NCBI RefSeq assembly: GCF_006345805.1
Contig: NC_043024.1
Location: 6,076,001 to 6,140,000, forward strand
Origin: Octopus sinensis
Taxonomy: Eukaryota
DNA length: 64,000 nucleotides
Direction: 5' to 3'
The notes under the pieces are model-generated. The model was not told where the DNA came from. It saw only the letters and a list, made by a program, of their open reading frames with translations, and did not search any database. How positions within the stretch are numbered: the stretch's first letter is position 1; every line of letters starts with the position of its first letter. The translations under genes were made by a program, and so were the position numbers. Of the stretch, positions 1 to 13,651 are shown piece by piece.

Positions 1-544
1 GAAATCGATATTTTCGCTATTGTAACTAAAAACAGACTTAGCTATAATAGCGACAACATGGATTTCTTCCATTTTCTTGGTCTGTTAAAGTTTTTGAGAA
101 AAATTATATTAATGTGTCCAACCGATTAAAATTCTATTTATTTGTGCAGCTGAGGATAGTCCTGCTTTTAAATTGCTGTAATGATTGCACTGTTCAATTA
201 AATGGAGTCGCTTGAAACGGTCGTACTGCATCACTTTTTGATATCCTGTTGCTTATTTTGATTACATATATATCACGTGACCAACCAGGCTATCAGATGT
301 TACACATCGCTGGTCCCAATGCGATTCTGCATTGCTTTAGCCTTCAAATGACGTCACCCCACTGGCTAGGTCAGCGGGTCAAATTATCCCCCCTGATCGA
401 AAGCGGGGACTGGAGCAACGTGAAATGAAATGTTTTGCTCAAGAACACAACGCGCCGCCCAGTCAGGGAATCGAACCGACGAGCTAGCAATCGTGAGTGC
501 AATAGCTTAACCACCAGGCCATACATATATATTGACCAAAAGTT

Positions 545-1300
545 CATTTTTTAAAAAGCGAAAATGACACAAGTTTGAAACACAAAGCGATTTATTCAAC
601 TGTCTCGTTCCAGTATCTTCTGCCATCTTGTGGACAGATCCATTATTCCCTGCCCAAAGAATTTCATATCTTTACTGGCAAAAAACTTTTCCTAACGAAT
701 TTTTACGTCCTCTTAAGATTTGAAGATCTGTCGTTCCAACAAATTTTGAAGAGTCCATAAACAAGTGGAATTCTGAAGGTTCAAGGTCGGGCGAATACGG
801 AGGATACGACAAAAGTTCCCAACCAAGCCCCAGTAACTTCTAACACGTCTGCAAAGAAGTGTGCGGTCTGACATTGTTGTGATAAAAGTCAATACCTATT
901 TCTTTACTGCCCACTAGGAGCAAACAGAGGGGACAAACAAGGACAGACAAACGGATTAAGTCGATTATATCGACCCCAGTGCGTAACTGGTACTTAATTT
1001 ATCGACCCCGAAAGGATGAAAGGCAAAGTCGACCTCGGCGGAATTTGAACTCAGAATGTAACGGCAGACGAAATACGGCTACACATTTCGCCCGGCGTGC
1101 TAACGATTCTGCCAGCTCTGAAAGTCAATGCCTTTACGATTAAGAGGTGTTGGATGGTTCTGGTGGATCGCTGCATTTAATTTGTCCAGCTGCTAACATC
1201 ACACACCCGAATTGATGGTCTTGTCTGTGAGAAGCTTGGTAAAAGACAACATCCTTCTAATTCCATCAAATTAAAAGCATAACCTTTGTTTATGGTGGTT
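545..1300 (-). mobile_element. Decayed mariner (Tc1/mariner DD34D-type) transposase C-terminal fragment, interrupted by a SINE
   Basis: Minus-strand translation gives ...HHDNVRPH...LLGLGWELLSYPPYSPDLEPSEFHLF (mariner catalytic motifs), with stops and frameshifts. Confidence 0.8.
897..1120 (-). mobile_element. tRNA-derived SINE (family with central GACTTTGCCTTTCATCCTTTCGGGGTCGATAAA, Meta-SINE-like domain); representative of more than 25 copies in the window
   Basis: A-box/B-box head (TGGCAGAATCG, GAGTTCAAATTCC); 12-bp target-site duplication AAAGTCAATRCC at 885-896 and 1121-1132. Confidence 0.85.
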
Positions 1301-1945
1301 CGCGACGCTTCCTCCACGACCGTTTACACTTTACATATAAAAGATATATAACGTCGGAGAACGCTGAAGCCAGCGCAAGCATGGTCATATCAACAGAGCT
1401 TAACGAAAACTAAAATTCCAACTCCTTCGTCCAAGGCAGGTGTCTACTGTGTAGAAAGTCGGCCAGAAGAACGATCCACATCGAGCGAGTATGGGAGCAG
1501 AAAAGTGCAGAAACACAATTAGGCTTAAAAAGTATATCTTTATGGATTACAAACTACAGATTACGAAATAAAGACTAAAAAATAAACAAAAGGAATTCTG
1601 TAATAGTCTTATCTCGACTCATCTGTTTTTCTTTAGAATCTACTTATCCATTCTACTGACATTTACCACCTACCGTTTTGCATTCCTTGTTATTGTCTGT
1701 ACTTTGACAGACTTCCCTGCTGTCTTCGTTACTTCCTTTTCTTATAATCTGTTTTATCTATTCTTTTCTTTGGTTATCATCAACTGAGTCTTCATTGTAT
1801 GAATTCCTCTTTCGTCACCCTACCTTTCTTCTCCTTCCTTTTCTCCCCCCTAATATTAAATTCTTATTTTTCCTAAACCCTTTCCACACCCCTTGTAAAT
1901 CTCTGTATTTGTAAATACTGCAAACAAATACGTCTTTTGCCACAT

Positions 1946-2070
1946 TCTTCCGATGAGGAGGACCTGGCCTCACCTAACAGAAACTCATTTTATTTCATAC
2001 AGCTACGGGGTCTTTGTTATATAACGAACGTAGTTACGTAGTTACGGTTCACTCGAAACAGCTGTCAAGA
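1946..2070 (+). ncRNA. Candidate minimal type I hammerhead ribozyme (CCGAUGA core, long stem II insert), probably in a Penelope-like LTR remnant
   Basis: TCTT-CCGATGA-G-GAG...CTC-GAAA-CAGCTG-TC|AAGA: stem I UCUU/AAGA, palindromic stem III ACAGCUGU, GUC cleavage triplet. Confidence 0.55.
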
Positions 2071-2440
2071 CAAGACTATTTTGCACTCTTTATCCAGTAC
2101 TTTATCGTTTGTATTCCAAGTAAGTATATGCATTAAGACTACATGTGTTTATCTGCCTTTCACCCCCTCTTTCTCTCTCTTTCTTTCTGCATATATGTAT
2201 GTGTGTGTGTATATGATATATCTCTATATATGTCTTTTATCTTCTACTTGTTTAAGTCATTTGACTGCGGCCATGCTGGGACACCGCTTTGGAGAAGTTT
2301 TAGTTGAACGAATCAACCCCAGTACTTAATATTTTCAAGCCTGGTATTTATTCTATCGGTTTCTTTTGCCGAACCGCTAAGTTACGGGTACGTAAATACA
2401 CCAGCACCGATTGTCAAGCAGTGGTGCCACACACACAATC

Positions 2441-3040
2441 TAGGTCTGATCAATAAGAATCCGGACTGTTGTCATAGTAACGAAGCTAAAGCCCGCAGAG
2501 TGAAGGCGCTATGCATGCGCACTAAGTTTTAACGATCTAGCTCACTCCCCCTGTTTACCGCAGTGCTTGGAAGAAAGGTGTGTAGCGTGTGATCATCGCA
2601 TTGACCATGACAGAAAGTTGAGCAGAGATTCTGCATCGAATTGTGCCAAAAGCTTGGCGATATCTGCTCAGAGACCTACGCAAAGTTTTCAAAAAGTTTT
2701 CCGGTCAGCTGAAAACAGTTTTGGCAGATACTTGGCAGACACGCGTCTCACACAAATCTTCAGTGGTATTGGACTGAACTGAACCGTAACTAATCTGCAC
2801 ATCCTCTGATAACTCACGGATGGTGATTCGACGATTTCCCCTCACAGCTGCATGCACGTCTGCGATGCTTAACTCAGTTCTGCTAGTTGCTGGTTTCCCA
2901 AAACGTTCGTCAATATCGATATTTTTTCTGCCACCTTGGAAACGTCTGAACCACTCGTACATTTGTGCGCCGCTCTTACACTCCTCTCCATACTCTTTCT
3001 GCAACTTTGCGTGAGCCTCTGAGCAGGTATCGCCATAACT
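2441..3040. mobile_element. Rearranged mariner relic: TIR and transposase N-terminus on +, continuation (HTH region) on -
   Basis: TIR-like TAGGTCTGATCAATAAG at 2441; + strand with frameshifts reads MTE..EQRFCIE.CQKLGDICSETYAK; minus ORF 2705-3004 reads QKEYGEECKSGAQMYEWFRRFQGG...RRITIRELSEDVQISYGSV. Confidence 0.8.
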
Positions 3041-3144
3041 TTATATATATATATATATATATATTAAAGTAGATATAAAACCACTATTAGGCAAATCAAA
3101 CAGTGAAAAACATAAGTTTGGATTTACTCCCTAATATTATTTAT

Positions 3145-3202
<58 letters not shown>

Positions 3203-3329
3203 CATACATATATATATCATCGTGATCGACCAGACTATCAGATGTTGCTACACATCGTTGGTCACAATGCGCTTCGCATTGTTTTTTTAGCCTTCAAATG
3301 ACGCCACCCCGCTGGCTAAGCGAGCAGGC

Positions 3330-3366
<37 letters not shown>

Positions 3367-3519
3367 TTTATGTATGTACAACAGGCTTCTTTCAGTTTCC
3401 GCCTCGACCCGAGGATATAGCAGAAGACACTTGCCCAAGGTGCCACGCCGTGGGAGTGAACCAGGAACCGTGAGGCTGAGAAGCAAGCTTCTTACCATCC
3501 ATCCATCCATCCATCCATC

Positions 3520-3590
<71 letters not shown>

Positions 3591-4092
3591 CACTGGCACA
3601 CGCATATACACGTGCACATAATTCTCTCGCCCAGCTTACTCCTAAGCCATTTTCTACCTTTTGTTTGCAGCACAGAACACCGCAGACAGTCATTTAAATT
3701 TTAAATCAGCCGCAACTCGCTCCAAAACTAAAATAATAAAATACACAACACAAGGTTACTATGTTACAAATTGAATACAGTCAAACGATGTTAGCGTTGG
3801 AAACAATAAACTTATTATGAACCAAATTCTATTATAAGCAACGAACGGGTATATATTTCTTTTATTAGGTTTCTTTCTTTCTTTTAAACGAACTAATTTG
3901 GTATAAAACTGGGACTCCCGTCTTAAATGTCTGACTGAGCGAGTGATCTGATGAGACGTAGGTGATGGTCATATCCGGGTTATGTCCTATACTTAATGCG
4001 TGTTTTTGTTATTTTGTCCTGAACGTATCTCTCGTGTGCTTACATTTCACTCGTTGGTGTTGTCCTGTACACAATGTGTATTTTTCATTATA

Positions 4093-4187
<95 letters not shown>

Positions 4188-4243
4188 TATATATATATAA
4201 TGAAGAAGTATAACTAATTAGCGCTCTAATAGAGCTTCAGGAA

Positions 4244-4479
4244 TATAAAGTTAAGAAAGAGAGAAACATATTCCAGAGGTCGACATTCATATTCACTCAA
4301 TCCATCCCAAATTGTCGAAACTCTCCACAACATACACAGATGCGCTCACATATATCAGACATGGTAAAAGTTCATAAGAGCGCATCTAAGTGTACGTTGT
4401 GGAGAGTTTCGACAATTTGGGATGGCTTGAGTGAATATGAGTGTCGACCTTGGAATTTGTTTCTCTCTTTCTTAACTTT

Positions 4480-4482
<3 letters not shown>
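4244..4482. repeat. Fold-back palindrome, about 104-bp arms with a 30-nt spacer, between TA-rich microsatellites
   Basis: 4244-4347 is the reverse complement of 4378-4482 with a few mismatches and indels. Confidence 0.9.
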
Positions 4483-4546
<64 letters not shown>

Positions 4547-4595
4547 ATACGTTATTATGGTTGTAGTTTTGATAATTGAATATATATATATATAT

Positions 4596-4629
<34 letters not shown>

Positions 4630-4906
4630 CAAAATGGGACAAGAACGCAAAACATCCGCACAGTTAAGTGATACAAAAATGAGACAACAAAACATCCAGA
4701 TAAACAATACAAAGAAAAAAGGACGGGTCATTCGGAGTTTTCTTTCCTCAGTCGAGTTCCAGATTATCTTTGCAATTTCGGCTGATTATACTCGAGATTG
4801 CTCCAATCTGGCCAGCGCCAAGGAAAAACTAAGCTAAGAGCATTAGATTCCTTGGAAGAAAGCAATATATATATGTGTGTGTGTGTGTGTGTGCGTGTGT
4901 GTGTGC

Positions 4907-5008
<102 letters not shown>

Positions 5009-6464
5009 CGGGCTTCTTTCACTTCCGTCTGTCAAATACATTTACAAAGCTTTGGTTCAAAAAGTAGAAGAAACTCACATAAAGTGTCACGCAGTGGGAC
5101 AGAACCCAGAATTGTGTGGCTGAAAGCAAAACTTTGGCAATCATTCGGAAATGGTCTAAGAGAAGTGAAACCATTTGTTCGGCAAGTTCTGTAAAACATT
5201 TTTATTTCTTTAGTTTCTTTTCCAGCTTACACACAGACCTCTCTCTCTCTTTCTCCATCCATCCATCCATACAAGCATGCAGACATCCATCCATCTATAC
5301 ATACATACATACATACATACATACATACATACATACATACATACATACATGCATACATACATACATACATACATACATACATACATGCATACATATAACA
5401 TACGCACATCCACCCATCCATCCATCCATCCATCCATCCATTCATACATGCATACAGACAAACATACATAATTAAAAATAAATAAATGTTCCTTCTCGAG
5501 TCATGCCAGGCTCATAAGGGCCGGTTTCCCGGTTTCAGTGGCGTAGAAATTCCCCACCTGGACGGGACGCCGGTCCGTCGGAGCATTACTAATTTTTGCC
5601 AGCTGAGTGGACTGGAGCAATGTGAAATGAAGTGTTTTGCTCAAGAACACAACTTGTCGCCCAGTCCAGGAATCGAAGCCACAACCTTACGATCATGAGT
5701 TCAACGCCTTAACCACTAAGCCACGCGCCTCCACGCTACATACATACAGACAGACAGACATACATATGCAAGCGATTCGTGAAAGTATATATGCATGTAT
5801 ATTTACGTATGTATATGTATCTGTGTGTGTGTGAGTGTGGGTTGGCGTGTGCCACTGTTCAAGTCGCTCGTGCAAATGAAAGACAATGAATGTGTGTATG
5901 TGTGTGTGTGTGTGCATGTGTGTGTGTAAGTGTGTGTGTATGTGTGTGTGTCTATGCGTATGAGTGCGATCGTGTTTTTCCCTTTTCAGCTGCAAAAAAT
6001 AAACATTAAAGAAATAAAAAAAAAAAAATTTATACGGAAATTGCCGAACAAATAGCTTTACTTTTTTCCTTAGACCATTTCCGAAGGACTCGCCCAAGCT
6101 TTTCAGCACACAACCACGCCCGCGCGGCGGCGGCGGCGGCGGCGGCGGCGGAACCATTCGCACGCCGAGGAAGAGTGCTTGGCGGCATTTCGTCCATCTT
6201 TACGTCCGGAGTTCAAATTCCGGTCGAGGTCGAATTTGCTTTTCATGCTTTCAAGGGTCAATAAAATAACCAGTTGAACACAGTGATCGATGTAATCGAC
6301 TAAGCACCACCCCCTACCTCCACCCACCCCCTACCTCCACCCACCCCTACCTCCACCCACCCCCGAAATTGCTGGCCTTGTGTCAAAATTTGAAACCAGT
6401 AGTTTTGCTGGTGGTGCTCCAGCATGACCACAGACTTTCGGCTGAAACATATAAAAGAATTAGA

Positions 6465-6862
6465 TGGCTGTGGTTGTAAGTAGCTTGTTTACCAACCACA
6501 TGGTTCCGGGTTCAGTCCCACTGCGTGGCATATTGGGCAAGTGTCTTCTACTATAGTCTCAAGCCAACCAAAGCCTTGTGAGTGGATTTGGTAGACGGAA
6601 ACTGAAAGAAGCCCGTCGTATATATGTATATGTATATATATATATGTATGTTTGTGTGTGTGTGTGTGTGTTTGTCCCCCTAGCATTGCTTGACAACCGA
6701 TGCTGGTGTGTTTACGTCCCCGTTACTCAGCGGTTTTGCAAAAGAGACCGATAGAATAAGTACTGGGCTTACAAAAGAATAAGTCCCGAAGTCGATTTGC
6801 TCGACTAAAAAGGGCGGTGCTCCAGCATGGCCGCAGTCAAATGACTGAAACAAGTAAAAGAG
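6465..6862 (+). mobile_element. CORE-type tRNA SINE with internal (TA)/(TG) tract (resembles octopus OR-type SINEs); representative of about 15 copies
   Basis: Head GGTTCAGTCCC B-box, CORE-like TTGGGCAAGTGTCTT, and 3' tail GACTGAAACAAGTAAAAGAG, all shared with copies at 13040, 19780, 20520, 21977, 24090, 25050, 45090 and 53935. Confidence 0.8.
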
Positions 6863-7486
6863 TACACACACACAGGTTCACACAGACACAAAGACACACT
6901 CACACACACAAATAGGTTTAGAGTTACCTCCCCTGCTTAGGTATCCACCCCCGTCAAAATAAACATTCGCTGAGAAGCGACTCGTCTAACCAGAGTTGCG
7001 TGACTGACGGACAGACAGCCAGGCCGACAGACAGTGGTTGTGCTGTTTAAATGCCGCACTATGACAGCCGTGGAGCAAGTACCGCCGCCGACTAAAGGTA
7101 GATAGATTTATTATTATATACAGCGATATATGTTTAGATATTTTGGGTGTATACAAGAGGAGGGAGTGTATAGGAGCTAAATTAAGGGGTTATTTTAGTG
7201 TGATTTGATGTATTTGTGTGTTTTGTTGAATAGGAAAGATTTTGATATTATCCTTACTGTTTATGTATTACGCATATATACGTAATGTGTGTGTATGTTA
7301 TTTCTTCCTCGTCTATCCGTGTATATGTATGTGTGCACGTATGTATGTATGTGTGTGTGTATGTATGTATATAGCTTTTTAGCTCTTGTTTCTAGCAATG
7401 TAGGTGTTTCTTGACACCTAGCCACATTTAGTGACAAATATCCAAATATAATTTTCCTTTTTGGTGAAACACTGCAAATTGCTGTT

Positions 7487-7554
<68 letters not shown>

Positions 7555-9031
7555 TTTGTATGTATGAATGTATGCACACATGAATATATATGTTTATGTA
7601 TGTAGTATGTGTGTTTGGTGTCCGTGTAAATACTTTTCTTGCTGCTGTTCAACGCAGTCTATTTTTATGAGAGCAGAGTTGGTCGTTCGTGATCGAGCTA
7701 TCCGGTCACTACTGGCGGATAGGGTGGTGCGAGACGATTTGTAGAAATACACACAACCGTACGGGCTTATACATACATACATGAAAATATAGTCGAGCGA
7801 TTGGGTGGCACCAATGGCTATACCCGGGTTTATGTATGTGTATACAATATATATATACATACACACACACACATTGTATATATATATATATATATATATA
7901 ATGTATACACACAATACACACAAACACACACATATATATATATAGAGAGAAAGAGAGACACGCACATACACATAATATTACGTACATGCAATGTATATAT
8001 ATATATATATATATATATTTGATATATGTTTGTATAGATAAATTCCTATCTGTTGATGCTTTTTCTGAGTATCTAGTACATACACACACATATATACGCA
8101 CTCATATGCATAGATACACCTCAAATACATACATGCATACACATACATGTATTTAGACATAGATGCACATTAATGCAGGTATGTACGTAAGATCATGTAT
8201 ACACACGTACATACAGATATATACACATCTACCCATACATACACACATAAAAACGGTCACGTACACATACATAGACAAGTTCACAAACACGTACATAAAC
8301 TCTTACGCATACACATACATACACCCTCTTATACACGCTCACGTGTGGGTGTATATATAATTCGGTGCATCATCCAAGTCGATTACTCATCCTCCCAACT
8401 TGGTAATCTTTCCTTTATTTTTATACAATTTTTTTTTAATACTGTAGAATATATTGCAATTGTAGCCCCAGATCAGCTTTTATCGGCGTTCTAGCCGTGA
8501 CCATCCCGTCTTCTAAAAATATCAAATACAAAATTATTATCTAATCTCACCTTTTTCTTTTCCACTGAAACTAAGTTTCTTTTGCCTGGCGATTTGGTTG
8601 TTATTTCTAGCTGCTCGAATGACTTCATAGAGACAGCGTGTTCTGTTCACAATAGGATTGACTATTGATATTGCTTAGTGCAGAATATTATCAATCGAGA
8701 TGACCCCGTTATAATTTGAACCTCGGGACCTATTGTCTGTTATCACAGAAGCCGTATATGAACTTCGTTTATAGTTTGGTACGCTATACGTGTTGCTGTG
8801 CTTCTTCACAATCTCTTAGGACGGCCACGTCGAGGTTTCCTTGGTAATATATATATATAAAAAGATTGGCGGGGTTTTGGAATAACTATCAGGACCTAAT
8901 GGGTGAGACTAGAGGTACAAAACTGGATACGAGCAAATTTTTAGGGAAAGGAAAAAAAATTAAAATGCCGCGCGGAAACCCCGCTAAAATATGAGCTAAA
9001 TATTTCTATGTCACCAAACTAACCAGGAGGA

Positions 9032-9085
<54 letters not shown>

Positions 9086-9086
<1 letters not shown>

Positions 9087-9313
9087 TTTATTTAAAAGCA
9101 GCAGAAATATAACAAAAGCTGTTACTCAGAGTTTCACGTTTCCGTTCGTTGGATAGTTTTGTTAAACAAGACTGTCCGATGAACGGGTACGTGAAATTCT
9201 GAGTAACAGCTTTTGTTATATTTCTGCTGCTTTTAAATAAAGCATATTACTCTACCGCTGGTATTTGAGTAATCTTTTTTCCACCTTGTTTCACATTTAT
9301 GTGCTTACTCCAG
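9086..9313 (+). mobile_element. Fold-back element (about 70-bp inverted arms 9086-9242 plus 70-bp tail) inserted in (TA)n and carrying hammerhead motifs
   Basis: Arms are reverse complements of each other; (TA)n on both sides. Confidence 0.8.
9172..9209 (+). ncRNA. Minimal type I hammerhead ribozyme (CCGAUGA core)
   Basis: CTGT-CCGATGA-ACG-GGTA-CGT-GAAA-TTCTGAG-TA|ACAG: stem I CUGU/ACAG, 3-bp stem II, self-complementary stem III with a 1-nt loop, GUA triplet. Confidence 0.7.
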
Positions 9314-9430
9314 TATATATATAATATAATATATATAAAAGCACAATATATCTTCGATCATGATAGATCGATTTAGGACGAGCTGACCTGGAAGTAAGCA
9401 GCGTACAGGTGTGTCTGTCTGTGTACATAC

Positions 9431-10107
<677 letters not shown>

Positions 10108-13100
10108 TCAAAGATAAAACGTGTCCCTTGTATTACAAAATTGTTTTAAACTTACACAATGTTTTTTTTTGTCACCTTCTTACGAAAGACAAACAAGCCA
10201 AAGAGAGCAATTGTATATGGTTACTAGATATGCTTGGGACAGAAGCTAAATCTCCGTCAAATCCCTACATAACTGTTTTGAGGGCGATCAGGCTGGTATT
10301 TCTAGCAGGAAAAATTACTGCATAGAAGGTTCTTTGTTCGGCTTCTAACGTTTTGAAGTGAAACCGAACTGCATTCTACTTCGCTTAACACTCTTAATGC
10401 CGCGCGCGCGTTTTTGAGGTCATAGTGTGTGACACAACCCTTCCTGTGCTGAATATCGTCTCTCTTTATTTTAATGAATCTAAGGTGTGTCTCTTTTAAT
10501 GTTTGTCGATTATAGCTGTTCGATATATTTCATAATTTTTTTTTTCACAATGAAAAAGGACAAGCTGTTGTTGATCGATCTGTGCATTAAGAGACGACCC
10601 TATTGAATAATGCTCTGGCGTGTTCGTTCTTATTAAGCAAAACCATGAGTTGCTTTGCTAACCACAGCGATATATAAATCTTACGTATTCGATGGCGTTG
10701 GCTAGGGAATAGAGGGGTGCACGGGGGAGGGGGTAACTCGATTACATCGACCCCACTGCTCAACTGGTACTTATTTCATAGTACCCTTAAGGGATGAAAA
10801 GCTAAGTCGACCTCAGCGGAATTTGAACTCAGAACACAAAGACGGACGAAATGCCGTTAAGCATTTTGTCCGGCGTGATAACGATACTGCCAGCTCGTCG
10901 CCTCATCACCAAGCATTATTATGTCTGTGATTGTTAAGATAAAAAAAAAATCGTCCTTGTTTGTAAAAAAAAAAAATGGAACTTTGTTTTTTTACTCTAA
11001 ACAAATTTCGTACCGACATTTCTGTTTGATAGCATATAAAATTCACTTTATTTTTCAAAAAAAAAAAAAAAAGACATTACATTTCTAAATCTCTCAGAGT
11101 TATGCAGTCTCTTCCCTGGGACTGCCACATTGAGTTGGCAACAAGCCATCGATAAAAAACAAAAGAAAAAGCCTCAAAACATCACCCTGGGTCCTGTATG
11201 CAAAGTTCAGCCTTCCATAAATTAATTTCAGCCATGACGTTCACTACAATAGTCTAATTTTAATCTAGACAGTTTCTGACCTAGCTTAACTCTATAATAA
11301 TATTTACTTAAACATCATTATTAAACAGCAGTGCTTTCTGCTAAAGGCAAAGGTACTTTTGTAATGCTTTATAATGTGCTGCTAGATTTCTTCAAATATC
11401 ACATGCTTTTTAATGCGGTAAAAACTCGTTTTGCTAAATGTGCTGGTGAAATTGAGGTACGCCCGTCTTGTAGGCACGTGCGCTTTTTTATGCTATTGAA
11501 ACACGGTAATTATTAAAATAAACCCAGCCAGAATAAATATCCCTTATATTTTGAAGCCAGTGGAATTAATTGTCCAGGGGCAGTGAGAAGTAGTGACTCA
11601 TTTGCTCCGCCACACGTCCTTAATGCTGTGGTTTGTGATGGTGGAGGCAGTGGTTACTGTATCTCTAGGCAAGGACCGTTTTAAGGCATAGATACACTGG
11701 GGCCTGGGAGCCTCATAGGTCTCATTTCGGATCTTTACCTTTTGACCGACAGATGTAAAGATCCCTCATTTCCAATCTATGTATGCTGTGGTTTGCTGTC
11801 GATAAGGCTGAATGCATTGATTTGTTCGGGAGCCTATAATTCTACTAAGATACTTTGTCTCTAGGGGATTGCAATAAAATAATAGAATACCGGAAGTTGT
11901 AGACAAATTACGTAATTAAACCTGTACTATTTGAGTGAACTGAGTCGCTGACGAGGAAGGTTGTTGACTTTGTTAGGGTTTCGTCATAGCGATTTATCAG
12001 GTGATATTCAGGTGTGGTAGTGGTGGCGGTGGTGCTGCTTGGCTGTGCTATAACGGTTCAGTCTCGCGATAATTCCGTGAGTGCTTCAGGTTGATCAGAA
12101 ATTCTTTAAATGGAAAAGCCAGTGTTTTCCCTGAAGCAATGTAAAGTTTAGAGGAGTGTGTATGTGTGTGTGCGCGCGTGTATGTGTGTGTGCGCGCGTG
12201 TATGTGTGTGTGTATACGCGAAACCAGTTGGTAAGACTAGCCGTGAAGGATATTTAATACTATACATTTCGGATAATATGTATATGTAACATTATCCTAT
12301 ATTAAATATATATGATATATATATATTATATATGTGTATATATAATATCTATATATTTTGTTTGTTCCTTCTCGAGCCGGTTTCCTGGTTTCCTTGGCGT
12401 ATAGGTTCCCCACCTGGACGGGATGCCGGTCCGTCGCAGGTGAGTTGCAAGATGCAGGAGGAAAGAGTCAGCAGAAGTTCGCCATTAACTTCTGCCGGAG
12501 CCGCGTGGAGCTTTGGTGTTTCGCTCATAAACACACACATCGCTCGGTCTGAGATTCGAACCCGTGATCCCTCCACAATATAGAATGCATTTAATTATTC
12601 AGATTTCAATGATAATAATTATAATAGTTTCAGATTTTGACACAGGGCCAGCAGTTTTTGAGGGGAGGGATGTGACATCGACCCGAAAAGGCAAATTTGT
12701 CTCTGGCAGGATTTGAACTCAGAAATCGGTTTCTGATTTAGGCACTACCAAGGCCAACTATTTTGAGAGGAAAGATTTAAGTCGATAACTCCTGTAGTTG
12801 ACTGGTAATGACACTGAAAAAATAAAAGGCATAGTTGACCGCGACAGGATTTGAACTCGGAATGTTTAGGGTCGGGATAAAAATACCTCAAAGCAGAATT
12901 ATTATATGCCGATGCTTTAATAATCCTTCCAGTTCGGAGCAGTATTTACATCTTGTTGAAAAAAGGTTTGGAGAGAGGACAGAACGTAGACATATAAGTC
13001 AATCAAAGAGGGCAACGAAAGCCAAAAGTACAAGAACGTTATGCAGGATAGGTGCAGGCGTGGATGTGTGGTTCCGGGTTCTGTTCCACTGCGTGACACT

Positions 13101-13651
13101 TTGGGCCGACTAAAGCTTTGTGAGTGGATTTGGTAGACGGAAACTGAAAGAAACCCGTCGTATTTATATATGAGTATGTGTATCTCTCTGTTCCCTACCA
13201 CCGCTTGACAACCAGTGTTGGTGTGTTTACGTCCCCGTAACGTAGCGGTTCGGCAAAAGAGACCGATAGAATAAGTATTAGGCTTCTAAAGAATAAGTCC
13301 TGGGGTCGATTTGCTCGACTAAAAGGCAGTGCTCCAGCATGACCGTAGTCAAATGACTGAAACGAGTAAAAGAGTAAAAGAGAGAGTGGGGTGCAAAACT
13401 TCCACTTTTACTAAATACTTTTCTAAGTGTTTGTTTTTTTCGATTTTTTTAAATTTTGAAACTATTTATAAATAATGCATGAATAAAACCTGGTAAAATG
13501 TGAAATATTTATGGTAACAGGATTTAAGTACCTCGGGTGCGGTGGGGGTATTTGATAAGACAGCTCTCGGCTAGAGTTTCCTGTTTAATCTATTACATAT
13601 TAGGTGATCATACATACGTATATGTGTACATAATACGTTATATCATATACT

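Noticed and set aside
3940-3995. CTGATGA-GAC...GTC as a hammerhead
   Set aside because: It is followed by ATAT instead of GAAA and stem I is only 2 bp; too many changes are needed.
5693-6163. Minus ORF starting MVPPPPPPPPPRGRG
   Set aside because: The poly-Pro is the (GGC)n repeat at a SINE head and the rest runs into A-tracts and TG repeats.
11945-11995. CTGACGA with an inverted partner TCGTCA
   Set aside because: It forms a simple hairpin, with no GAAA/stem III in a usable position.
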